Source: Octopus sinensis
Taxonomy: Eukaryota
DNA: 64,000 nucleotides
NCBI RefSeq assembly: GCF_006345805.1
Contig: NC_043024.1
Span: forward strand, 6,944,001-7,008,000
Reading direction: 5' to 3'
The position numbers and the translations under genes were made by a program. Positions within the stretch are counted from its first letter, which is position 1. Every line of letters begins with the position of its first letter. Positions 38,537-49,197 of this stretch are shown piece after piece. Below the pieces are notes generated by a model, which saw only the letters and a program-made list of their open reading frames with translations, was not told the DNA's origin and searched no databases.

Positions 38537-39662
38537 GTAAGTAGTTGCCCCCAAAAAGGGTCATTTTATTATTTCTAACCCTACTGAAGGATTCACATGT
38601 CTGTGAAGCTTCCTGACTATTCAGTGTATGGGGCTGTACATTAACCTCCTAACCCTCTTTTTTTTTCTGTATGTGTGTGAGTGTGATTGAGTAGCCTATA
38701 CAGATGCGTGGCCTAGTGGTTAGGCTGTTGCACTGACACTCATTAGATCATGGTTTCGATTCCCTGACTGGGCAGTGTATTCTTGAGCAAAATACTTCAT
38801 TTCATGGTGCACCAGTCCCCCTTCTGATCAGGGGATGAATGCTGGCCTGCTTGCTTAGCTATTGGAGTGGCATCATTTGAAGGCTAAAACAATGCAAATA
38901 TGCATTGTGACCAGTGATGTGTAACATCATCTGATTGTCTCATTGGTTACGTATGTATGTATATACCATGCCTACCCAGGGACGTGCTACCTAGGTAGGC
39001 AAGGTAGGCAGTGCCTAGCCTGAATGAAATGGATCGTCTATGTGACAGTGTCTTTCTGTCTGTGTCACTCTGTCTATGTGACAGTGTCTCTCCGACAGGT
39101 GCTATAAGTCTAACAGCTGATTTTGGGGGCTTGTCGATTTTATATATATGTACATATATATGACTGTATCACCTTCTTCAATGCCCCCTATCCCCTCTTA
39201 AAGAATCTTTGTCTTGCAAATTACCTGGTGACCCTGCCAGTGTTGGGGCATCGTATAAAGCATCCAGTCCACGCTGTGAAGTGGTTGGCATTTGGAAGGG
39301 CATCTGGCTAAAAGAACCCTGCCAAACCTGACGTTGCTTGTGTTAGTGCCATGTAAAAAGCACTGTCCACTCTGTGGGGTGGTTGGTGTTAGGAAGGGCA
39401 TCCAGCTGTAAATACTGTGCCCAAACAGGCCCTGCAGTCTGGTGCAGGCTCCCACCCATGCCAGCTCCTGTCAAACCATCCAACCCATGCCAGCTTGCAA
39501 AGCAGACGTTGAGAATGTATTTATGTCAGACTTCTTAGATACTTGTGTCACATTCTTGTTACTCTTCTGTTTTTGTACCAGTTCCAGCCAATCCTATGGT
39601 TGGCTGTGGCCATGCTGGAGCACTACCGTCATTGGGTTTTGTTAATTTCAATATTCCCATAG

Positions 39663-39906
39663 GAAAGAGAAGCCTTGGAGGCAAACGAAGTTGCTGAGAA
39701 ACGTGCTGCAGAGATATCCGAAAAGGAGACCCAGATGCGTGAGCTGCAGGAACAACTGGAAGCCATCAGGAGAGAAACGGAAGAGAAAGATGCGGCATAC
39801 AACGCCCTGATAGTGCAGCATGCGCAGCAAAGTAAAATCAATGCAGAACATGTGAAGGAGCATGACTATGAAGAATCTGCAGGAACCGAAGACGATACTA
39901 CATATG
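39663..39906 (+). CDS. ERM: ERM exon, helical/linker: EREALEANEVAEKRAAEISEKETQMRELQEQLEAIRRE...EESAGTEDDTTY
   Basis: cccatag acceptor, 244 nt, phase 0/1, g|gtaagt donor; coiled coil then acidic linker. Confidence 0.9.
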
Positions 39907-40708
39907 GTAAGTTTCTTTTTTTCTTTTGCTATTCAATGCTTAATCAGTCTTGGCTTGTCTTTGTAATATTGTGGTTTTGGTCCCTGGACCAGATGGTGCA
40001 TTGCATTCTTGAGCAAGACACTTCATTTCATGTTGCTCCAGTCCACTCAGTGGAGATGCGTCGGTTTAGTGGTTAGAATATTGGATTAACAACTGTAAGA
40101 TTGTGGTTTCAATCCCTGGACCAGGCGACCCGTTGTGTTCTTGAGCAAAACGCATTGCTCCAGCACGTGGTTTAGTGGATAGGGTGTTGGATTTGTGATT
40201 GTAAAATTGTGGTTTCACTTCCTGGACCGAGCAGTGCACTGTGTTGTTGAGCAAGACACATCATTTCACGTTGCTCCAGCCCACTCAGCTGTAGAAATGA
40301 GTTTAGCCTGGAGAGGGATGGGCTTTGCCAGGCTTTCTCGCCCTAAATATGCTGCATGGTTTCATAAGTCCCAAGTTAACTCAGGTGGTGAAAACATTGA
40401 CAATGTGTATCCTATTTGTGGCATGTACACCAGGTAAATATTACCTGTTTATAACCAATTAGAAAAGACATTATGACAATGGTATATAAACACTTGTGTG
40501 TGTGTGTTTATTAAAGTATTTATCAAGTGCCACTCACCAAGATATCAGTCAACCGAAGGCTATAATTAGAGTAAAAAAAGACTCCTACTTGAGCCGTGTG
40601 TAGTATGATGTTTGAACCTGGAACCATATGGTTGCTGAATGAACCTCTTAACTACCCAGCCACGCCTGCATCTATTCGTATTTCCCTAATATTTCATCCT
40701 TCTCTCAG

Positions 40709-40809
40709 GTGCTGAGTTACAAACCTACGAGAATCAAGATCTTCCGAGACCTGAAGAAGAAAGACTAACTTTGGCTGAAAAGAACCACCGTTTGAAAGAG
40801 CAGCTAAAG
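40709..40809 (+). CDS. ERM: ERM exon, C-ERMAD start: GAELQTYENQDLPRPEEERLTLAEKNHRLKEQLK
   Basis: tctctcag acceptor, 101 nt, aag|gtaagt donor; RxEEERxTxAEKN motif. Confidence 0.95.
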
Positions 40810-42328
40810 GTAAGTTATTTTGAGTTTTTTTTGTCATTAGTTTGAATAACTTGTCTTAACATACCTAGGTACACCTCAGCATACATTGGTAGTTGGTTCC
40901 AAGACGTGACTTAACTTGAAAAGTGACGCAACACAAACCTTTTCAAAAATATATTAGCTTATATCTGTTTTAAGAAATGATGTGTTTAGGTGTTTTTTTC
41001 CATCCCCAATTTTTATAATTTTATATTTGCTTAGATCGACCTAATGTTGAGCAAATTGACTAAGTTGAGGTTTATTTCACCTTTTCTTTTCTTTTTTAAA
41101 AACATGATGTAAACTCAAAACATAAATTGAGTTACACCTGTACATCATAATCGTTTTTGTGTCCAACTATTTTCGATGCTGGCATGGTTTGGATGAGTCT
41201 TAAAGAAGCAGTATCCTACAACTGCATGTCCTTCCTGTTGCCAGCCATAACTTTTTTTTAATTCCAAGTAAGGTAGGAAAGATTCCCCCCATTTTTTCCC
41301 CAAATTTGGTTAATATTGTAATATTTTTTTGCCAAAAATCTCCGTTTTCGGATACGGAAGTTTCAGAAAATTGCCAAAAATCAGCATTGTGAAATCCACT
41401 CTCCCCTTTCCCCAACACTAACCCTAAAACCGTAACCATAAGTACAGAAATGTTTTGAAATTTTTGTCCGAATCATGTCCGTATTTTTCCGCATACTTAG
41501 AAGAAAAAATAACCTTAGTACCAATTTATGTTCCTAACACTAGCTTAACAATAACTAAGTCATTTTACTAAATTCTTTATTATATTTAAAATTAATTGAT
41601 AGAAACACAGCATCTCAACAGAAATATGGTAACAAAAGGGTTAAAATATATAATAGAGAAACAATTTTAACCCTTTTGATATCAACCTGGCTGAAACTGC
41701 CTCTGGCTCTGAAGTACAACTGTCTTGTTTTTAAAAGTTTTTAATTAAAATCTTCCAAACTTTAGCCACAATTTATGTTCCTAGCATCAGCCGAATGATA
41801 ACTAAGTTGTTTTACTGAATTCTTTGTTATATTTAAAATCAATCGAAAGAAACAGAACATCTCAACAGAAATACAGTAACAAAAGAATTAAGGCCAATTC
41901 TCTTCCTCAGCAGCAGCGTCTTTAACACTTCTGCTGTGGAGGACTGAGGGAAGGTAAAAGTAAAAGCACACAGAGAAGCCCCCCCCCCCAGATGAAATTG
42001 GGATTTTTTAAATGAAAACATTTGTTTGATGGTTAGTTGCATACTTTGCAAAGAAAACTGCAATCTACATACAATGCAAATTTCTATGCACACTCACTGC
42101 ACAAAAAGCAAGAGAATGTTGCAGGTGACACCTCTCTCTATTCTTTGAATCGCTCTGCTAGTGATGAACATGTTATTTACCAAATGCTAATGTACAAATG
42201 GGAAAATGGTGCACACAGTACATAATTTGGTGTTCACAGTACATAATTTGGTGTTCACACTGGTAGACAACGACATTCCTCAATCTCAGTCACTTATCCA
42301 AACGATTGAAGTTTCAAGCACCTCTCCA

Positions 42329-42507
42329 GTTATTTGACTGCGGCCATGCTGGAGCACCGCCTTTAGTCCAGCAAATCGACCCCCAGGACTTATTCTTTGT
42401 AAGCCTAGTACTTATTCTATCGGTCTCTTTTTTGCTGAACCGCTAAGTTACGGGGACATAAACATACCACCATCGGTTGTCAAGCAATGTTGTAGGGACA
42501 AACATAT

Positions 42508-42552
<45 letters not shown>

Positions 42553-42713
42553 TATATACGACGGGCTTCTTTCAGTTTCCGTCTACCAAATCCTCTCAAG
42601 GCTTTGGTCGGTGTTATAGTAGAAGACACTTGCCCAAGGTGCCATGCAGTCAGACTGAACTTGGAACCATGTGGTTGTTAAACAAACTACTTACCACACA
42701 GCCACTCCTGCAC
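42329..42713 (-). mobile_element. Full-length tRNA-derived SINE, antisense, in the last ERM intron
   Basis: reverse complement of the 22656 family. Confidence 0.85.
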
Positions 42714-42946
42714 CTATATAATTAGATTTTTTTAACATCAAACGGCTTGGAGGATTCATCTGAGTAAAACATAGGAATCAAAGGTAAAAAAGTACTTGAG
42801 GAACTCTGAAACAAAGTAATATATGAATTTAATAGATACAGGTTTTTTTTGGGTTTTTTTTTGTGTTTACTGCTGTTAAATTATATATGTACCTACAAAT
42901 GTAAATCTGTATATCTGCACACATACACACACATTTCTCTTTGAAG

Positions 42947-43111
42947 GCACTTGGAGACCAGTTAGTAGGTTCAAAAGATAAAAGCAAAGAGAGTATAAAT
43001 GATGTCCTCCATGCAGAGAATGTGAGGTCTGGCCGTGATAAATACAAGACGCTGAAGCAAATCCGGTCCGGAAACACCAAGAAACGAGTTGATGAGTTTG
43101 AGGCATTGTAA
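42947..43111 (+). CDS. ERM: ERM last coding exon, actin-binding C-ERMAD: [54 protein letters not shown]
   Basis: tttgaag acceptor, 165 nt including TAA; GRDKYKTL with the regulatory Thr codon at 43049-43051. Confidence 0.96.
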   Translation, partial: ALGDQLVGSKDKSKESINDVLHAENVRSGRDKYKTLKQIRSGNTKKRVDEFEAL

Positions 43112-44749
43112 GTGTTGTTGTTGTTATTGCTATTGGTTTTTGTTGTTGCTGGTTGTTTTTGTTGTTGCTAGCTGTTTTTGTTGTTTTGGTGTTCTTTTTG
43201 TTGTTCATTTATTAATACTGTTCAGTCACCCTATCACACACACACTTGGTCTGACTGGGCATTTCTATTACATGTACGTAGTTGATCAAACAAGACCAGA
43301 TCTGAGCCATTCGTCCTCATGTAGTGCATACAAACAGATTTCATATGCCCTTTCCACTCCTCCAACTCTTAAACGGATCAATCTCAAGGACTTCCTGTAT
43401 ATGCACATTGAGAACTATTCTTTTTTATACACCCAGGGTTACTAGGTAGATTTCAAGTGGATAAATTTTGAGGCCTATTTGGCACCATCTGTTGGAGGCC
43501 CACTTGTATGGTGGACTACACAGCAAGCTCTAACACTGCTGTTACCTTACACTATTCTGTCTCCGGGTGTCTGTAGATTATATCATTTCTGGTCTAATCT
43601 ATAAAAATTAAGATTCTGGTACCTCACTACCTGAGAAGACAAAACCCTTTTGATGGTGACTTGAGGGTTGCTTTACAGAAGTCAAAATAGAATGCTGCTT
43701 TAGATGTTTCCTTTTTCTATGCTGTAGGTTTATGTTTCATTAACCCCTTAAAAAGGAGTTGGGGAAAAAGATCAAGCTCCTTTCCAAGCCATAAACACAA
43801 AGGGCTGGTTTCCCAGATCCTGTGACCCGTAGTGATATATTCTCCTACTCTCTTGGATTGGATGCCAGTCTCACAATTCCTCATTTTTGCCAGCTGAGTT
43901 GATTGGAGCAACAGGAAATGAAGTGTTTTGCTCAAGAACACAATGCATTGCCAGTCCAGGAATTGAAACTACAATCTTAAGATCACGAGGTGTATAGAAG
44001 GAAGCTATTTCAATGATTCTATCCTACTATTTTTCTTAGTAAAGACAAGACAGAGGTTTACAAACATTGTGACACTTTACTGTCACCAATAATTGTTAGG
44101 TGTGTCAAGAAAGTCAAATTAAAATTTAAAGAATATTTGGTTGATAACTTTACATAATTGTGACACAATAGGTAATTGTTTATTTTCTTAATTTTGTTAA
44201 TTACTTCTAGCCATTGAAACCTGAATAATGTTGAGAAAAATTTTAATTTAAAAAATGTCACCAATGGGAAAAATTTAGATAAGCTCTGCCAAGAGATTCT
44301 AATGCGAGTGAGATATGAGTGCTGGCAGGTTAAATGCTCTTCTAGGTCTACGCGTGTAGGCTTGGATTGATATTGTCGCTTAGCAATATTTCCTTTTAAA
44401 TAAATAACTATTGGCATTATACCGTGCTTGAGAAGACATGTCAAGCCAAGTGAGATCGTAGTCATGGCCGATGCCAGAGTTTTGTAACAGGCTTGTAAAA
44501 AACACCCACTACACTCTTGGAGTGGTTGGCGTTAGGAAAGGCGTCCAACTGCAGAAATCAGATTGGAACCTGGTGCAGCTTACCAGTTTTCATTCAAACT
44601 GTCCAACCCATGCCAGCATGGAAAATGGACATTAAATGATGATGATGATGCCTATCATTAAAGGTACCATAATGATACATTGAATGCTCTTAAAAGATTC
44701 TTTGTGTGTGTATTTATTTGATTAATTAAAGATGGAAGATGCAAAAATG

Positions 44750-44862
44750 TTTATTAATCACTGCAATTGTTTCGACCTATCTAACATCGTCCCGTCACGG
44801 GTGGGATATTTAACAACTGGTTTACAAGTATTCGTCACTGTGGATGTTTCTTCAGGTGATTA
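44750..44862 (-). ncRNA. Degenerate type I hammerhead-ribozyme-like motif (Penelope-like remnant)
   Basis: minus strand reads UAAUCAC-CUGAAGA-(~70 nt)-GUC-GAAAC-AAUUG-CA-GUGAUUA-AUAAA, with a 7-bp stem I. Confidence 0.55.
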
Positions 44863-45150
44863 CAAGACGGATCTCGTTAAAATATATATATTATATAAAT
44901 AAGGTAATGATCGCAAATGATTAAAAAGAAAAGAGTCTTGACATTTTGGATGCTAGTCCTTTGTCAGAAAAATAAAAATATGAGAAAGGAGGTTTTCCTA
45001 TATTCTTAGTTTAAATCTCACAAAATTTCGCTTTGGCATTCAACTTGAAGCCAAAGTCTGTAACAATAGTCTCCAGGAAACATCTTAGACTTGATAGAAT
45101 CAGACACCTACACCACTTCCACACATTTTTAGCATGACAGATCACTTCTT

Positions 45151-45399
45151 TTAACTCTTTGCCTGTCCAAAGTATTTTCATAAGTTTGTCCAGATTGTCC
45201 ATGCTTGTTTTCACACTTCTAGTTGTTCCTCATTTCATATGTCCTGAGTAACATAAAGCTTTCCTTTCATAAATCCCAAGTTAACCTGGTGGTTGAAAAA
45301 AGAAAAAAATTGGAAATGTGTATCATATCAAATGCATGGACACCAGGGGAAACATGTCCTGTGTATCACAAGGAATACACAGAACAGGCAAAGGGTTAA
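45151..45399. mobile_element. TTAA-flanked MITE (family 3)
   Basis: TTAActctttgcctgtcc ... gaacaggcaaagggTTAA; internal similarity to 40360-40445. Confidence 0.7.
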
Positions 45400-46697
45400 A
45401 AGTAATTTTTTTTAAAAAATAATTTTTGGTTTATTTTATTTTCAGTGAATTCAATGGTTTTTTTGTTTTTTTATTTTCTTTAGAAATTAAACCTCACTGC
45501 GCCTTGGCACTATGTGACAGCCGATTCCTGACTTAATTACCAGCTTCTTAAATTGTAGCTTTCACATAAAATGCTTTTGTCACAGCACAAATTATTTTGG
45601 ATAGGGGCATTTGTTTTTTTTTGTTCCCATATTGGTTTCTTTGATACTTTATAATTACAAACCTATTAATTATTATAAATAGTATTGAATTTAAAAAAAA
45701 AAATAAAATTTAATTTTTACTTATTTTCTGGTTTAATTTTTTTTGGCATAACTGCATTAATACAGATTCAATTTTTGAACTATTTAAATTCAGTTACTCT
45801 CCTCAGAGTAACTGAATTCAGTTACTCTCCACACACACACACATTATATATATATATATATGTATGTATGTATGTATGTATATGCTCTCCCATGTTTTAG
45901 TTATCCTGGCTGCTAAATATTGCTTATTTATCTTTTCTCCTCTTGGAGATATTTGCATGCTTCTTGTTTATGTGTTTTAATGCATGTTTGTGAATCCATT
46001 ACAGTCCATTCTGCACGTGCACCAGACGGTTTTCGAACCGTACACACATACACACACACACATGCGTGTGTGTATGTCTTTGAATGTTAATGTTATGTTT
46101 TCTTATGCAATAAGTTTTTCCTGGCTTTTGTCATGAAATAATGCTCGGTTCTCTTGTATTGTTCTTTAACCATTTCTTTGTTGCATTTCCAACCTAAAAC
46201 CCTGCCGTGTCTCTTGTTTCACTGATATTATAAATTTATTGTGAATTTTAACTGTTTTCATGAAACTGTTATGACTTTTGTTTATTGACAAATGTGGTTT
46301 TCAGAACATGACAAATGGTTCTCAAATTTGTTAATTAATTTTGCCTCAAAACCAATTTAATTCCAGATAAATACAGGTAAATTTTAGTAAAATGTTAAAA
46401 TAATCAAAATTTTGTTTAACTATCATCACAGAAAATGAGTTATTAACATATAATCAGTTGGTTAGATGCTAAAATTGTAATATACAAGAAATATGCATGT
46501 TATTGAATTATCAATTGTAATTAGATGCACATGAAACGGGTGCACCATAAATGTGAAATGGGGGCAAAATAGTGGGATTTATGTTAGAAAGAAACTACGA
46601 AATGAAATGAAATTCATGCGTGAGTGAATTGCTCTTAATTAAACTCTGTCACCCATTTTACAGGTAAATTAAAATTGTGTGTAGATAAATTTGAGAA

Positions 46698-47160
46698 ATC
46701 ATCATTATCATTCTTTGACGTCCACTTTCCATACTAGCATGGGTTGGACGATTTGACTGAGGTCTGGTGAACCAGATGGTTGCACCAGGCTCCAATCTGA
46801 TCTGGCAGAGTTTCTACAGCTGGATGCCCTTCCTAACGCCAACCACTCTGAGAGTGTAGTGGGTGCTTTTTACGTGCCACTGGCATGAGGATCAGTCAGG
46901 CAGTACTGGCAACGGCCGTGCTCAAATGGTGTTTTTTACATGCCGCCTGCACACGAGTCAGTCCAGTGGCACTGGCAACAACCTCGCTCAAATGGTTTTT
47001 CGTGTGCCACTGGCACAAGTGCCAGTAAGGCGATGCTGGTAATGATCACACTCGAATAGTGCTTCTTACGTGACACCGGCACAGAAGCCAGTTTAGCCGT
47101 TCTAGCAACGATCACGCTCGGATGGTGCTCTTAGTGCTCCACTAGCACGGATGCCAGTCA
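46698..47160 (-). mobile_element. SINE with (CAT)n tail and internal ~65-70 bp tandem subrepeats
   Basis: gctggatgcccttcctaacgccaacc core followed by about 4-5 units of gtgccactggca..ggcaacgatcacgctcgaatggtgc-like sequence. Confidence 0.75.
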
Positions 47161-49197
47161 TAACCCAATTTTTTGTACACAAATTTAACACCATTCCTAT
47201 TATAGAAACTTGTAAAAGTGTCCCACTCTGTGTAATGCAAGTTTGAAGAATGCACTTTAGAATATCATTTCAGTTGACCTCTGGCTACTGGGAGCTTTCC
47301 GCTTCTTGTGTTGGAACTTTTTTTTCTTTGCAACCATCATACTATTTAGGTTTTGGAGAATAGCTGAATTCATGGGTCGCCCTCTCCCCTACATGAATAG
47401 CCTATCTACAACTGTGCTATTACATCTGCTTGGAACTACAGTTTGGTCACATTACTTTTGAGCCCCACAAAATTGATTTAGAAAAAAAAAATGCATTGAT
47501 AATGCTTTTATTTACTATACACCAAACTAAGTATCACTACTACTTATTACCTGGTGTACCAACTGAGTCATAACTAATTCATTTCTATCAGTTAACACCA
47601 TTTGTGTTGTGTAACTATTGTCATCAAGTTTCATAAAGGGTGTTTAGAAAATTCTCTTCTTACCTCTGTATGCAGTTATTATTAAAGTTCCTTTCTACTT
47701 GCAAATAGAAAAGAGCTCCTACTGCATTTAAAGAAAAAAAACCTCTTTATGTACTGATGTAATGCTAGTGACTTTGAAGTAGAAGTATGACTATCGTTTA
47801 TCATGGATTTGGTTCCTAAAAAAGAAACCTAAATAAATCTTCTTCTTGCACTTCTTGTAAATAGAATGAAGGATAGTTTCATTGACCCTGAACTCACAGC
47901 CCCCAGTAGTAAGGTTTCTCTCATTGCAGCACAGTTGCCTAAACACATGCAATTGTCAGGGAATTCTGGGTGTCTGAGCATTGTAGAGGGTCACTTGGGT
48001 GCATCTTTTGTGGTCCAAGTGACTAATTGCCAACCCTTGTCATCACGGACCAAATCATGGTTCACACTTGAATGTATTCTTATCCTTTGATCCTTGTTGA
48101 ATGAAGTTGCATGTGGTAGCACAATTTCCAAAAAATATGTTCAGATCTTACTCGAAAACTTCTGATTGTCAAATGCTTCATTTACCCCCCAGCAGTTTGT
48201 CATTCTGGCAGTTTCTTAATGTCTAATATATTACTTATAGCAGAATGTTTGAATTTCCTCAAAGCAAAGATGAAACCATAAGCTTTTCTTTACTTTTTTT
48301 GTATAATGGTTTGTCTCTGTAGTTAATATCTGGAATATTCTGAGTGGGGGAAAATTAAACAAAGCAAAAAGAAAGTTGGTTGCTTTTGAATCATTGAAGA
48401 GGCTGATTAAGTCCGTTCTCTTCTGAAAAATGTTTGAAATGATTTTACCCTTACCCCTAGTCTCTTTCTATCATTTTTGCCTGTCACTATCAGACACCAA
48501 TTTGTCTAATTTTTCATCAAGCATGTGGTTATGCTAGTTGCATTTTTTAATTGATTTTTGCCACTTCTTTAGAAAATTCTTTAAATTAAGAATCATTAAT
48601 AATGAATGCAAAACTGATATCCATTTTTTTTTTCAAACAGTTAACAAAACAATGTAATGGTTATAAGATGGGGGAAAAATACTCTCAAAATTCAGAGACA
48701 ACCTATGTAGCATTAAAATATCTTTGGCATTGTAAGTTGGTTCTAAATGAACCTGGTTTTTGGAATGCACTGAAATAGAATGTTAATCCATTATACTACC
48801 GAATAGATGTGCATATTGTATATGCAAATGTGCATTGTCCGTCTTTCCCCTATCTTTTTGTAACTATCATCAACTCTTTGCTGCAGTCACAGTGCTGCAT
48901 CTGTTTTACTTTCCTACTGCTCTAGTTGTTCCTTATTGAAAAATCTGTCACTTCTTGGCTTTCACTCTTACTTTCTGTCTTTCTCTTGTTCTTTAGTTAT
49001 TTTTCTTCAGCATGATAAGGTTCAGTAGACTTAATATAGAGATGCTGTTGTTTATGCTGCTTTATAGATCAGTGACTGAGACTAATTCTTTATTTAAGCA
49101 GATATGTTGCCTTCCTTTTATGCTACAATTTGCTACAAATGATGTTTCCATCACTAATGCCGCAGAAAAATGAACATATGGGATTCACTCCAATTAA

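Noticed and set aside
39907-40076. Hydrophobic extension of ORF 39675-40076
   Set aside because: It lies beyond a consensus donor at 39907 and runs into SINE sequence; ERM homology resumes at 40709.
41410-41440. Telomere-like taaccc repeats (also near 28337)
   Set aside because: Only 2-3 degenerate units, probably part of interspersed repeats.
47866-48090. 74-aa ORF upstream of the Helitron fossil
   Set aside because: No recognisable motif or convincing exon structure.
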